Source: an uncultured Alphaproteobacteria bacterium (lineage in GTDB: Bacteria > Pseudomonadota > Alphaproteobacteria > UBA6615). From it: a DNA stretch of 64,000 bases. Made by a program: the position numbers and the translations under genes. This document shows positions 28,538 through 39,215 of the stretch, in pieces. Under the pieces are notes generated by a model. That model saw only the letters and a list, made by a program, of their open reading frames with translations, did not search any database and was not told the origin of the DNA. Each line of letters starts with the position of its first letter. Positions within the stretch are counted from its first letter, which is position 1. The DNA is taken from NCBI GenBank assembly GCA_943787445.1, contig CALSML010000023.1, positions 2,273 to 66,272 on the forward strand, in the 5' to 3' direction.

Positions 28538-31225
28538 CTAGTCCGCGCTCTCGGCAGCCGGTTCTGTGTCAGCCGCAGCCTTTTTGGGGGCCGCTTTCCT
28601 GGCAGCGGTTTTCTTCTTCGGAGTCGCTTTCTTTTTCGCCGGTGCCTTCTTCTTTGCCGGTGCCTTCTTCTTTGCCGGTGCCTTGCCCGCAGCCTGTTTG
28701 GCGACCCGTGCAGCGATCAATTCGAGGGCTTCGTCGAGGGTGACTTCCAGCGGGTCGCGATCTTTCGGGATCGTTGCGTTGGTTTTGCCGTGCTTCACAT
28801 AGGGGCCGTAGCGACCATCGTGCACGGTGACCGGTTTTTCATCCTCGGGATGCACGCCCAGATCCTTGAGCGGCCCGGCACGACCCTTGCGGCCCTTGCC
28901 CTTTTCCGCGAGCACCGTGACAGCCCGATTGAGGCCGACTGTCAGAACTTCGCGGGCTTCGGGCAGCGAGGCATAGACCGAGCCGTGCTTCACATATGGA
29001 CCGAAGCGGCCGAGACCGGCCTGAATGACCACGCCATCTTCGGGATGCGCGCCGATATCTCTCGGCAGGGCGAGCAACGAAAGGGCCAGCTCCAGATCGA
29101 CTTCGTCGAGGGTAAAACCATCGGGAAGAGAGGAGCGTTTGGGTTTGGTGGCTTTCTTGCCTTCGCCTTCCGGTTCGCCCAGCTGGACATAGAGACCATA
29201 GGGACCCTTGCGGAGGGTGACTTCTTTGTCGGTCTCGGGATCCGTGCCCAGCACTTTCGGGCCATTGGCGAGTTCGGCGGTTTCATCATCGCCGCCATCC
29301 ACCGCAAGCTTGCGCGTGTATTTGCATTCTGGATAGCTGGAGCAGCCCACGAAGGGACCATGGCGGCCCAGTCGCAGTCCCAGCCTGCCTTCCTTGCAGG
29401 CCGGGCAGACGCGGGGGTCGGTGCCGTCTTCGCGGGTCGGGAAGAAATGCGGTCCGAGTTCCTCATCCAGGGCATCGAGCACGGAGCGGACTCGAAGTTC
29501 AGCCGTGCCTTCGATGGCCGTCGAGAAGTCCCGCCAGAAATCGCGCAGGACGGTCTTCCAGTCGATCCGGCCGCCGGAGATGTCGTCGAGACGATCTTCC
29601 ATCTGGGCGGTGAAGTCGTATTCCACATAGCGCTCGAAATAGCTGCTCAGGAAACTGACCACGAGGCGACCCTGATCTTCCGGGATAAACCGTTTGCGAT
29701 CGAGCTGGACGTATTTGCGATCCTGCAGGACCTTGATGATTGACGCATAGGTGGAGGGGCGGCCAATTCCCAGTTCTTCCATGGATTTGACCAGGCTTGC
29801 CTCGGTGTAGCGCGGCGGCGGCTGGGTGAAATGCTGCTCGGGCGAGACGTCCCGGACGCTGGCATTCTCACCTTCTTCGAGCGGTGGCAGGCGCCGTTCA
29901 TCGTCTGTCTCAGGCTCTTCGCCGTTCGGATCATCCTGATCTTCGCGATAGAGTTTGAGGAAGCCGTCAAAGGCGACTGTCTGACCATTGGCGCGCAAGG
30001 CGAGCTTGCTGTCCGACGACCGTAGATCGACGGCCACGCGATCGATCTGCGCTTCGGCCATTTCCGAGGCCAGCGTGCGACGCCAGATCAGTTCATAGAG
30101 CCGGAACATGTCAAGTTCGAGCAGCGGTTTGAGGCTGGACGGACGGCGGAACAGATCGGTCGGGCGGATCGCCTCATGGGCTTCCTGGGCGTTCTTCGCA
30201 CGGGAGCGATAGACCCGCGGTTTTTCGGGCAGATACTCCTCACCGAAATCGGTGTCGATCAGATTGCGGCAACCGGTGATCGCATCCTGACTGAGGGTCA
30301 CGCTGTCGGTACGCATATAGGTGATCAGGCCCGCGGTCTCGCCATCCAGTTCGATACCTTCATAAAGGCGTTGGGCGATCCGCATGGTCTGGGAGGTGCC
30401 GAAACCAAGTTTCCGGGCCGCTTCCTGCTGCAGGGTCGAGGTGGTGAAGGGCGGCTGCGGGTTGCGCTTTGTGCGTTTCTTCTCGACCGTGGCGATCCTG
30501 AAGGATACGGCTTCCACCTCACTTTTGGCCGCAGTCGCGGTTTCTTCATTGGCAAGGTCGAAACGTTCGAGTTTCTGACCATTGCGCTCCACCAGACGGG
30601 CGGCAAAGCCATCACCCCTGGCGCTGTCGAGACCGACTTCGATGGACCAGTATTCCTGCGCCTTGAAGACCTCGATCTCGGCTTCCCGCTCACAGATCAG
30701 GCGGAGGGCAACCGATTGGACGCGGCCGGCCGAGCGTGAGCCGGGCAGTTTGCGCCACAGGACCGGAGAGAGTTTGAAGCCCACCAGATAGTCGAGAGCG
30801 CGGCGGGCCAGATAGGCCTCGACCAGTTCGGCATGAACCTCGCGCGGATGATTGAAGGCTTCCTGAACAGCGCCCTTGGTGATCTCGTGAAAGACCACAC
30901 GTTTGACGTCAATATCGTCCAGCAGACCCCGATCGCGCAGCAATTGCTCGATATGCCATGAGATGGCTTCACCCTCACGATCCGGATCGGTTGCGAGATA
31001 AAGCGTCTCGGCACCGTCGAGCGCGTCGACAATGGCCTTGATGGGTTTCTCCGCACTGGAGTCCACGGACCAGTCCATCTCGAAGTCTTCTTCCGGACGG
31101 ACAGAGCCGTCTTTCGGAGGCAGATCACGGATATGTCCATAAGAAGCAAGGACGGTGTAATCCGTACCAAGATACTTATTGATGGTTTTGGCCTTGGAAG
31201 GCGATTCGACGACAACGACGTTCAT
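28538..31225 (-). CDS. topA: DNA topoisomerase I
   Basis: 895-aa intact ORF; MNVVVVESPSKAKTINKYLG (Toprim), GLITYMRTDS (active-site Tyr), C-terminal zinc-ribbon-derived repeats and a Lys/Ala/Pro tail. Confidence 0.97.
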   Translation of the reverse strand: MNVVVVESPSKAKTINKYLGTDYTVLASYGHIRDLPPKDGSVRPEEDFEMDWSVDSSAEKPIKAIVDALDGAETLYLATDPDREGEAISWHIEQLLRDRGLLDDIDVKRVVFHEITKGAVQEAFNHPREVHAELVEAYLARRALDYLVGFKLSPVLWRKLPGSRSAGRVQSVALRLICEREAEIEVFKAQEYWSIEVGLDSARGDGFAARLVERNGQKLERFDLANEETATAAKSEVEAVSFRIATVEKKRTKRNPQPPFTTSTLQQEAARKLGFGTSQTMRIAQRLYEGIELDGETAGLITYMRTDSVTLSQDAITGCRNLIDTDFGEEYLPEKPRVYRSRAKNAQEAHEAIRPTDLFRRPSSLKPLLELDMFRLYELIWRRTLASEMAEAQIDRVAVDLRSSDSKLALRANGQTVAFDGFLKLYREDQDDPNGEEPETDDERRLPPLEEGENASVRDVSPEQHFTQPPPRYTEASLVKSMEELGIGRPSTYASIIKVLQDRKYVQLDRKRFIPEDQGRLVVSFLSSYFERYVEYDFTAQMEDRLDDISGGRIDWKTVLRDFWRDFSTAIEGTAELRVRSVLDALDEELGPHFFPTREDGTDPRVCPACKEGRLGLRLGRHGPFVGCSSYPECKYTRKLAVDGGDDETAELANGPKVLGTDPETDKEVTLRKGPYGLYVQLGEPEGEGKKATKPKRSSLPDGFTLDEVDLELALSLLALPRDIGAHPEDGVVIQAGLGRFGPYVKHGSVYASLPEAREVLTVGLNRAVTVLAEKGKGRKGRAGPLKDLGVHPEDEKPVTVHDGRYGPYVKHGKTNATIPKDRDPLEVTLDEALELIAARVAKQAAGKAPAKKKAPAKKKAPAKKKATPKKKTAARKAAPKKAAADTEPAAESAD
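28638..28685. repeat. 18-nt tandem repeat (about 2.7 units) encoding the APAKKK tail of TopA
   Basis: GCCGGTGCCTTCTTCTTT repeated head-to-tail on the plus strand. Confidence 0.85.
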
Positions 31226-31289
31226 GAAAACCGTTTTCGCTTTCGTTTATTAACCGCAACGACGACGCCCAGGTGCAGCATTTGGTGAT

Positions 31290-32408
31290 TTACAGCGCTG
31301 CAACCCGGTTGCCCGGAAGCCGTTCCAGACGGCCTGCCAATTCGAGTTCAAGCAGGATTGTCCGTACGACAGGGGCGGTTAATTGGCACCGCCGCACGAT
31401 TTCGTCAACCGCGACCGGTTCCGGCGACAAACATTCCGTGATGGATTGGCGGGCTTTTTCGTTGTCGGTTTCCAGTTCCAGACGGGGCTGTTGGGGTGAG
31501 GTATCGGTGTGTTCGGGAGCGGATGGAGGGCGTTGGCGCATCGGTTCGATGGCTTCGAGAACATCTTCGGCATCACGGACGAGAGTCGCGCCTTCGCGGA
31601 TCAGCCGGTTGGCGCCATAGGCCCGTGGGTCGAGTGGTGACCCCGGGACCGCGAGGACATCGCGGCCCTGTTCGCCGGCCATGCGGGCCGTGATCAGCGA
31701 ACCCGAACGCTGAGCAGCTTCGGCGATCACGACGCCCAGGGAAAGACCGGACACGATCCGGTTCCGGCGTGGAAAATGCCGGGCCTAGGGCCGGAGCCCC
31801 GGTGGCGTTTCGCTGATGACAGCCCCTTGGTCCGCAATGCGGTCATAGAGGGCCTGATTTTCCGGTAGATAGACGATATCGACCCCGCTCGCCATGACGG
31901 CCACCGTTTGGCCATGGGTGGCCAGCGCGCCGTGATGGGCCGCGGTGTCGATGCCGCGGGCCAGCCCGGAGATGATGGCGATATCCGCTGTTGCCAGATC
32001 CCGCGCCATGGTTTCGGCAAGGCGCTGTCCGTTGACCGAGGCGTTGCGTGCCTCGACGACACCGATGCCCGGCTCCGAGAAGATCGCGATGTCGCCACGC
32101 ACGGCCAGGGTCGGGGGCGCGTCGTCGATCTGTGCCAGAGACGTTGGATAGTCCGGCTCGCCCAGAGTGAGCAATCGTGCGGCGCAAGCCTCGAGCTGCG
32201 CCAGTTCGGCGTCTGCGGTTGCCGTGTCGGGCACGTTCAGTATTTCCCCGGCGGCGCGTCCGGCAAGCTCGGGCAGGCCGTCCAGGGCATCGCGCGTCGA
32301 GCCGAAGTGATCCATCAGTTTGCGCCAGGTGATCGGTCCGACGGTGGCCGTTCGGATCAGGCGCAGGCGATCGCGTCGCTCGATATCGGATATCGGATCA
32401 GGTTTCAC
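31290..32408 (-). pseudogene. dprA: DNA processing protein DprA interrupted by one in-frame TAG
   Basis: ORFs 31785..32408 and 31290..31754 are in the same frame: ...[13 protein letters not shown](31785-31787)[33 protein letters not shown]...GRDVLAVPGSPLD. Confidence 0.9.
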
Positions 32409-32441
32409 GCCCGCGAAGATGAACCGCTCAGCGCGCCGGGG

Positions 32442-33137
32442 TCAACTCGATGTGCCGGAGCCTTTGAGGCGAATGCGGGATTCCTCACCGCGGACCAGCC
32501 GCCGGATATTGCCCGCATGCCGGATCCAGACCAGAACGGCGAGGAAGATCGCAATGCCCGCGATCTGGGGTTCTCCCAGATACCAGCCCAGCACGGGTGC
32601 GGCAGCCACAGAGACGAGCGCAGCCAGCGAGGAATAGCGCAGCACCAGGGCAACGGCGATCCATGTCGCCAGGGTCGCCAGGCCCGTCAGTCCGGACAGT
32701 CCGAACAGGACTCCCATGGTCGTGGCCACGCCCTTGCCACCGCGAAGGCGAAGCCAGACCGGGAAGAGATGCCCGAGCACCACGGCGATGCTGGTGAAAA
32801 ACGTGATGTCCGGCCCGAAAAAGAGATAGGGCACGATGACCGCCACGAACCCCTTCGCCATATCCAGAGCCAGCGTGGCCGCGGCGAGTTTCTTGCCGCC
32901 GGCGCGCAGGGCATTCGTTGCACCGATATTGCCGGAGCCGACCTTGCGGAGATCGCCCTTGCCGGCGAGACGTACCAGAAGGAGCCCGAAGGGGATGCTG
33001 CCAATCAGATAGGCGCCGACGATCGGGGGCAGGAAGATCTGCCAGCCATAGATGACGTTCTTCCAGTCGGGTACCGAGAATGTTGACTGGAAGATACTCC
33101 AGTAGAAGAGGATCGGGCTTGCGCCGTCTTCGACCAC
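32442..33137 (-). CDS. plsY: glycerol-3-phosphate acyltransferase PlsY
   Basis: YLIGSIPFGLLL and GSGNIGATNALR motifs; N-terminus about 30 aa longer than usual but no internal ATG. Confidence 0.9.
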   Translation of the reverse strand: MVEDGASPILFYWSIFQSTFSVPDWKNVIYGWQIFLPPIVGAYLIGSIPFGLLLVRLAGKGDLRKVGSGNIGATNALRAGGKKLAAATLALDMAKGFVAVIVPYLFFGPDITFFTSIAVVLGHLFPVWLRLRGGKGVATTMGVLFGLSGLTGLATLATWIAVALVLRYSSLAALVSVAAAPVLGWYLGEPQIAGIAIFLAVLVWIRHAGNIRRLVRGEESRIRLKGSGTSS

Positions 33138-33151
33138 AGTGTTCTCCGGGG

Positions 33152-34459
33152 CTAGTCGTCAGCCGTGTAGATGGTGCGCCCGTCCACCACTGTCCGGATC
33201 ACCTGACCCTGCACCAGACGTCCGTCAAAGGGCGAGTTCTTGGACTTGGAGATGAAGGTGTCCGGCTCGATGCGTGCCGGTTTGTCCGGGTCGAAGATCA
33301 CGAGGTCCGCCGGGGCGCCCGCATAGAGCCGCCCGGTGGGCAGATCGAGCAGGCGCGAGGGCGCTGCGGTCACTTTTCTCAGCGCTTCACTGAGGGACAC
33401 GTGCTCGTTGTGCACAAGTTCCAGGGTCAGCGCCAGCAGGGTTTCGAGGCCCGAGGAACCGAATTCGGCCAGTTCAAACGGTAGCCGTTTGGATTCCTGA
33501 TCCTGGGGGAAGTGATCCGAGGCGATACAGTCGATGGTGCCGTCTGCCAGTCCCTCGACGATTGCCTGGCGGTCGTCCTCGCTGCGCAGGGGCGGGGAAA
33601 GCTTGGCAAAGGTGCGGTACTCGCCCACGGCCAGTTCGTTCAGGGCAAAATAGGGCGGCGCGGTATCGCAGGTGACCCGCAGGCCGGCTTCCTTGGCCGC
33701 ACGTATGCGCGCGACGCCTTCGGCGGTGGAGATATGGGCTGCGTGGTAGCGGCCGCCGGTCATCTTCACAAGGGCCAGATCCCGGTCGAGCATGATGGTT
33801 TCGGCTTCACGGGGAATACCGGGCAGACCGAGCCGGGTGGAAAGTTCCCCCGACTGCATGACGCCGCCAGCCGACAGATTGGGTTCTTCGGCGTGCTGCA
33901 CGATCAGCGTGTCAAAGGCGAGGGCGTATTTGAGGGCGCGCGACAATGTCTTGGCATTGGCGACCGAGTGCCGACCATCGGTGAAGGCGACGGCGCCGGC
34001 TTCCTTGAGCAGTCCCATTTCAACAATTTCATCGCTGTTGGCGCCCCGGGTCACGGTGGCATAGCCAAAGACCTTCACCAGCTTGACGTCGCGGGCGCGC
34101 CGGGCAACGAATTCCAGCACCGACGCATTGTCGATGGCCGGCGCCGTGTCGGGCAGGGTGACGACAGCGGTGACACCGCCGGCGGCAGCGGCCTTGCTGC
34201 CACTTTCGATGTCTTCCTTGTGTTCTGCGCCGGGCTCGCAGAAATCCACCCGCATATCGACCAGGCCGGGCGCCAGCACCGCGCCCTGGCAGTCGACAAT
34301 CTCTTCCACGTCGGGACGGCCGCCATTGAAGATGTCCGGTCCCATCGCAACGATGCTCGCGCCATCGGTCAGGAGCCCGCCGGATTCGCTGGCGGCATGG
34401 TCGACGCCGGATGCCGGGTCGATCACGCGCGCGTTAATAAAGGCAATCTTGCCGGTCAT
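33152..34459 (-). CDS. pyrC: dihydroorotase-like protein, probably the non-catalytic PyrC' type
   Basis: 435-aa amidohydrolase-fold ORF overlapping pyrB (ATGA). The usual D-x-H-x-H metal site reads GLVDMRVDF here. Confidence 0.85.
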   Translation of the reverse strand: MTGKIAFINARVIDPASGVDHAASESGGLLTDGASIVAMGPDIFNGGRPDVEEIVDCQGAVLAPGLVDMRVDFCEPGAEHKEDIESGSKAAAAGGVTAVVTLPDTAPAIDNASVLEFVARRARDVKLVKVFGYATVTRGANSDEIVEMGLLKEAGAVAFTDGRHSVANAKTLSRALKYALAFDTLIVQHAEEPNLSAGGVMQSGELSTRLGLPGIPREAETIMLDRDLALVKMTGGRYHAAHISTAEGVARIRAAKEAGLRVTCDTAPPYFALNELAVGEYRTFAKLSPPLRSEDDRQAIVEGLADGTIDCIASDHFPQDQESKRLPFELAEFGSSGLETLLALTLELVHNEHVSLSEALRKVTAAPSRLLDLPTGRLYAGAPADLVIFDPDKPARIEPDTFISKSKNSPFDGRLVQGQVIRTVVDGRTIYTADD

Positions 34460-35442
34460 GGCGTTGTGTCCGGGCGGTCACGGGTCAACACATCGAGACA
34501 GGCCATGCGAACCGCCACGCCCATCTCGACCTGCTCGCGGATCAGCGAACGGTCCAGATCATCGGCCACATCGGAGTCGATCTCGACCCCCCGGTTCATG
34601 GGACCGGGATGCATGATCAGGGCATCGGGCTTGGCATGTTGCAGCTTGTCGTAATCGAGGCCGTAGAATTTAAAATACTCGTGCACCGAGGGCACGAAGG
34701 AGCCTTCCATACGCTCGCGCTGGAGGCGCAGCATCATCACGATGTCACAATCCTCGAGGCCGGCGCGCATGTCGTGGAAGACCTCGACACCCAGCCGTTC
34801 CATGGCCGGGGGGATCAGCGTCGGCGGGGCGATCACCCGGACCCGCGCGCCCATCGTCTGCAGCAGATAGATATTCGAACGGGCAACGCGCGAATGGGCA
34901 ATGTCCCCACACAGTGCGACCAGAAGACCCTGGAGATGCCCCTTGCGGCGGCGGATCGCCAGGGCGTCCAGCAAGGCCTGGGTCGGGTGTTCGTGGCTGC
35001 CGTCACCGCCATTGATCACAGCACAGTTGACCTTCTCGGAGAGCAGCTTGACCGCTCCGGCATTGGAATGCCGTACCGCCAGCGCATCGGCGTGCATGGC
35101 GTTGAGGGTCATCGCCGTGTCGATGATGGTCTCACCCTTCTTGATCGAGGAATTGGCGACAGCGATGTTGATGACATCCGCACCCAGCCGCATGCCGGCC
35201 AGTTCAAAACTGGTGCGCGTGCGCGTCGAGTCCTCGAAGAACAGATTGATCAGCGTCTTGTCGCGCATGATGTCCAGCTTGCCGCCGCGCGCGCGATTGT
35301 GCTCGGCGTAGCTGTCCGACAGATCGAGCAGATAGGTGATCTCATCCGGGGAGAGATCCTGGATGCCCAATAGATGACGATGGGGGAAATCGATTTCCGC
35401 CGGCACTTTCGGGGCGGAGAGGCCTGTTTTGGCTGCAGTCAT
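34456..35442 (-). CDS. pyrB: aspartate carbamoyltransferase catalytic subunit
   Basis: [31 protein letters not shown] 35442 preferred; track start 35481 is TTG. Confidence 0.93.
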   Translation of the reverse strand: MTAAKTGLSAPKVPAEIDFPHRHLLGIQDLSPDEITYLLDLSDSYAEHNRARGGKLDIMRDKTLINLFFEDSTRTRTSFELAGMRLGADVINIAVANSSIKKGETIIDTAMTLNAMHADALAVRHSNAGAVKLLSEKVNCAVINGGDGSHEHPTQALLDALAIRRRKGHLQGLLVALCGDIAHSRVARSNIYLLQTMGARVRVIAPPTLIPPAMERLGVEVFHDMRAGLEDCDIVMMLRLQRERMEGSFVPSVHEYFKFYGLDYDKLQHAKPDALIMHPGPMNRGVEIDSDVADDLDRSLIREQVEMGVAVRMACLDVLTRDRPDTTP

Positions 35443-35601
35443 TAAAGCGGGAATATAGGTACCAGACTCCGGAAATTGCAAGCGGCACCTGAAGCGGCGG
35501 AAATCAGGGGTTTTTGCTATGTTGAAGGGCTCTGGCGGTCGAAACGTGTGTCGCTGTCAGGACGTTTGACCGGAAACCTGCATCAAAACCGACTGTGTTT
35601 G

Positions 35602-36114
35602 TCAGTGACCCCTGTGTTGTTCCCAGGAATTCTGCAGCACGTCTTCAAGCGCATCGAGCGGAATGTCGAGGAAGCCCGGGGTCATGTTGACGCTGCCCTG
35701 GGCAATGAAATCCATCAGCTGCACCAGACAGCGTCGGGGCAGAGGCACCCGGGACACCACGGCGTCGCGGTCGGACACGCTGATTGCTACGTGATGGACG
35801 AGATAGTTCTTCTTTCGGGCGATGCCGGTCACCGAGGCCCATCGGATCAGCCCGACGCTGGTGATCGAGGTGTTGTCGACGATCCCCTGTGCGTTGATGA
35901 CCAGTGAGGGGGCATGCACGATCAGGCGCAGCAGGGCATAGGCCAGCAGCAGGCCGAAATAGACGACCGCCGCAGCGCCGATCAGCCGGGGGATTTGCTC
36001 CGGCGTTGCGATCAGCGCAAACCCGGTGAACACGAAGGCGCCATACAGCACCACATTGACGAGCACCCGCCAGCGCGCCGGGTAGATGAGGATTTCACTG
36101 ATGTCGCGGGTCAT
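35602..36114 (-). CDS. membrane protein, 2 TM helices plus PH-like C-terminal domain
   Basis: 170-aa ORF; two N-terminal helices, then LVINAQGIVDNTS...IRWASVTGIARKK (bacterial PH-like pattern). Family uncertain. Confidence 0.6.
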   Translation of the reverse strand: MTRDISEILIYPARWRVLVNVVLYGAFVFTGFALIATPEQIPRLIGAAAVVYFGLLLAYALLRLIVHAPSLVINAQGIVDNTSITSVGLIRWASVTGIARKKNYLVHHVAISVSDRDAVVSRVPLPRRCLVQLMDFIAQGSVNMTPGFLDIPLDALEDVLQNSWEQHRGH

Positions 36115-36835
36115 GGTCCAAATCTATGTCAGGTTCCTGGAATGTGTCGATCACGGTGTGCTGTGGTAATTGTACACCGTCCGTCAGACTGGTGAACGGC
36201 ACTGCGGTGGACGTGCTGGAACACTCGGAATCTGGATCGGAATCTCCAAACTCGTCCCGAAATCGTTCGAGCAAATCCTTGATCTCGATCCCATTCAGGT
36301 TTGCATAGGATGTCGGAATTTTCAGCGTGCCGGTGGATGTTTGTTCCTTGTGTTTGCGTCGACCGCTGACGATCACGCTGCCGCCCTTCGCATGTCGTTT
36401 GAATTTGATGCTGATGCGGGACGGCATGAACGCCGACCAGGGTGAAGTCCCTGATCCCGAGGTGCGGGGCTTCCCTATTTCGGTCACTTCTTGCCATGAC
36501 ACGGTCTGGAAGGTCGCGCGAATACCCACTGATCGTGCTCGCAGACCATCACGGGAGAGAGAGGCCAGCGGTCGCCCGGTGATAAGGTCTAGGGCGATGC
36601 GTGGAAAGATGTGCAACCAACCCAGTGCGGTGAGCGGCAGGATCAATATCAGCCAGAGCAGGTGTGGGTTTCGAAGAACATCCCGCACCTCTCCGAGGGA
36701 CTGGATTTCAATAAAGGTGTGCCAGCCGAAACTCGCGATCAATGCCCCCAGACCAAGCAGCACGATCAGGTAGAACATTGCCAACGCGCGGTGAGGGAGC
36801 ACGTCAGTCGTTTCAAATTTCCGGCGTGCAGCCAT
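36095..36835 (-). CDS. membrane protein, 2 TM helices plus PH-like domain and acidic tail (same architecture as 35602..36114)
   Basis: ATG 36835 (MAARRKFETTDVLPHRALAMFYLIVLL...) overlaps the ruvX stop (TGATG). LSRDGLRARSVG...VSWQEVTEIGKP. The rest of track ORF 36095..37339 is ruvX antisense-frame read-through. Confidence 0.6.
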   Translation of the reverse strand: MAARRKFETTDVLPHRALAMFYLIVLLGLGALIASFGWHTFIEIQSLGEVRDVLRNPHLLWLILILPLTALGWLHIFPRIALDLITGRPLASLSRDGLRARSVGIRATFQTVSWQEVTEIGKPRTSGSGTSPWSAFMPSRISIKFKRHAKGGSVIVSGRRKHKEQTSTGTLKIPTSYANLNGIEIKDLLERFRDEFGDSDPDSECSSTSTAVPFTSLTDGVQLPQHTVIDTFQEPDIDLDHDPRHQ

Positions 36836-37302
36836 CACCGGCTCCGCATGAAATCCATGAAGTTCTGAAGAATGATCGAGGCGGCCATCTTGTCGATGAC
36901 CTCGCCGCGGCGTTTGCGGTTCATGTCGGCCTGATCGATGAGAACCCGTTCGGCTTCGGCAGTGGTCAGGCGTTCGTCCCAGAAGGTGATGGGCAGATCG
37001 AACTTGCCGGTCAGATTGTTGGCAAAGGCCCGGGTTGACTGGGCGCGCGGACCTTCTGACCCGTCCATGTTGCGGGGCAGGCCCAGCACCAGACCGCCCA
37101 CGCCTTTGTCTTCGATGATCGCGCGCAGGGTTTCGGCATCGGCGGTGAATTTGGTGCGCGTCAGGGTTTCCAGCGGGGAGGCGACCATGAAGCTGGAATC
37201 CGAGAGAGCCAGTCCGATGGTCCTGATCCCGAGATCGAACCCGAGCAGCCGCGCGCGCGGCGCCAGCGCGGATGACATTTCTGTGGTTTCGACGATGGGC
37301 AT
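36835..37302 (-). CDS. ruvX: Holliday junction resolvase-like YqgF/RuvX
   Basis: LLGFDLGIRTIGLALSD, GLPRNMDGSEGP, DERLTT motifs. Confidence 0.9.
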   Translation of the reverse strand: MPIVETTEMSSALAPRARLLGFDLGIRTIGLALSDSSFMVASPLETLTRTKFTADAETLRAIIEDKGVGGLVLGLPRNMDGSEGPRAQSTRAFANNLTGKFDLPITFWDERLTTAEAERVLIDQADMNRKRRGEVIDKMAASIILQNFMDFMRSR

Positions 37303-37455
37303 GGGCTTTGTTTAAGGCTTGATCACAGTGACTGTCCACAACCGGTATTTACAGGGTGTCGAGCCTGTCTTTGCGGTTATGGCTTCCGAGTTGTCGCAGC
37401 CGTGCCGCGGTGATAGCTTCCGCGCCGATTTCAAACTCCAACCTTCCGGCTTGAA

Positions 37456-37743
37456 ATGGCGCTCGACACCGATACCGTAAAGCGGATTGCACGGCTCGCC
37501 CGCATCCATGTAGATGAGGCTGATCTGGCCCCGCTGGCAGATGAACTCAACAACATTCTCGGCTGGGTCGAACAGCTCGATGAGGTGGACACGGACGGTG
37601 CCGAACCGATGACCAGTGTCGCCGAGATGGTGCAGCGCCTGCGCGTCGACGCGGTCACCGATGGTGATGTGCGGGACCGGGTGCTGGCCAATGCGCCAAT
37701 GGAAGCTGATGGTTTCTTCGTGGTGCCCAAGGTGATCGAATAA
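37456..37743 (+). CDS. gatC: Asp/Glu-tRNA amidotransferase subunit C
   Basis: 95-aa ORF; [31 protein letters not shown]. Confidence 0.93.
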   Translation: MALDTDTVKRIARLARIHVDEADLAPLADELNNILGWVEQLDEVDTDGAEPMTSVAEMVQRLRVDAVTDGDVRDRVLANAPMEADGFFVVPKVIE

Positions 37744-39215
37744 TGGCCGCCTTGACTGATCTGACAATCGCGCAGGCGGGCGCCGGGCTCGACAAGGGTG
37801 AGTTCACCGCACGCGAGCTGACCGATGCCTATCTGACCGCGATGGAAGCTGCGCGCAGCCTGAACGCCTATATCGAGGAAACCCCTGAGCGCGCTCAGAC
37901 GATGGCCGATGCCTCAGATGCACGACGCGCGGCCGGGAATGCAGCAGGTGCGCTGGATGGCATTCCGCTGGCGATCAAGGATTTGTTCTGTACCGAGGGC
38001 GCGCTCTCGACCGCGGGAAGCCATATTCTTGACGGGTTCCGCCCGACCTATGAATCGACCGTCACCCAAAATCTCTGGGATTCGGGCGCGGTGATGCTCG
38101 GCAAGGTGAACATGGACGAGTTCGCCATGGGCTCGGCCAACATCACCAGCCATTATGGACCAACCCTCAATCCCTGGAAAGCCAGCAGCGGCGACAACGC
38201 CGGCAAGGATCTGGTGCCGGGAGGCTCCTCGGGTGGTTCGGCAGCGGCGGTAGCGGCGCGGATTGCGGCCGGCGCAACGGGCACAGATACGGGCGGCTCG
38301 ATCCGTCAGCCGGGCGCATTCTGCGGGATTGTCGGTCTGAAACCGACTTATGGGCGATGCTCGCGCTGGGGCGTTATCGCCTTTGCCAGTTCGCTGGATC
38401 AGGCCGGACCGCTGGCGCGCACGGTTGAAGATTCCGCACTGATGCTCGAAGCCATGGCCAGCTTTGACCCGAAGGATTCCACGAGCGTTGATCTGCCAGT
38501 GCCCAGTTACGCCGCGGCGCTGACCGGTGACATTCGCGGCCTGCGCGTGGGAGTGCCGGCCGAGTACCGGATGGACGGCACTCCGCCGGAGATCGAAGCG
38601 CTCTGGCAGAAGGGCGTGGACTGGCTGCGTGATGCGGGTGCGGAGATTGTCGATATTTCTCTGCCCCACACGAAATACGCGCTGCCCGCCTACTACATCG
38701 TGGCGCCCGCTGAGGCGTCTTCGAACCTCGCGCGGTATGACGGCATGCGCTTCGGCCTGCGGGTCGATGGTGAGGATCTGACCGAAACCTATGAGCGGAC
38801 CCGCGCCGAAGGCTTTGGCCATGAGGTCAAACGCCGGGTGATGATCGGCACCTATGTCCTGTCGGCAGGTTACTATGACGCCTATTACCTGAAGGCTCAG
38901 CGGGTGCGCACCCGCATTGCCGATGACTTCCGGGCCGCCTGGGACAGTTGCGATGTGGTCCTGACGCCGACAACGCCAAGTTCGGCCTTTACATTGGGTG
39001 AGAAACAGGACGACCCGATTGCCATGTATCTGAACGACATTTTCACCGTGCCGGCTTCCATGGCCGGACTGCCGGCGATTTCGGTGCCGGCGGGACTGTC
39101 CGATGTTGGTTTGCCGCTGGGACTGCATCTGATTGCGCCGGCCTTTGGTGAGGAAACCCTGCTGCGTGCCGCCGGTGTGCTGGAAAGCGCCGCCGGGTTC
39201 ACAGCGCAACCGTGA
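37743..39215 (+). CDS. gatA: Asp/Glu-tRNA amidotransferase subunit A
   Basis: 490-aa ORF; amidase signature [13 protein letters not shown]...[16 protein letters not shown]. Confidence 0.96.
   Translation: MAALTDLTIAQAGAGLDKGEFTARELTDAYLTAMEAARSLNAYIEETPERAQTMADASDARRAAGNAAGALDGIPLAIKDLFCTEGALSTAGSHILDGFRPTYESTVTQNLWDSGAVMLGKVNMDEFAMGSANITSHYGPTLNPWKASSGDNAGKDLVPGGSSGGSAAAVAARIAAGATGTDTGGSIRQPGAFCGIVGLKPTYGRCSRWGVIAFASSLDQAGPLARTVEDSALMLEAMASFDPKDSTSVDLPVPSYAAALTGDIRGLRVGVPAEYRMDGTPPEIEALWQKGVDWLRDAGAEIVDISLPHTKYALPAYYIVAPAEASSNLARYDGMRFGLRVDGEDLTETYERTRAEGFGHEVKRRVMIGTYVLSAGYYDAYYLKAQRVRTRIADDFRAAWDSCDVVLTPTTPSSAFTLGEKQDDPIAMYLNDIFTVPASMAGLPAISVPAGLSDVGLPLGLHLIAPAFGEETLLRAAGVLESAAGFTAQP

Noticed and set aside
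28343-33086. Plus-strand ORFs 28343..29743 (466 aa) and 31908..33086 (392 aa)
   Set aside because: They are antisense to topA and to dprA/plsY, which have unambiguous motifs. Shadow ORFs.
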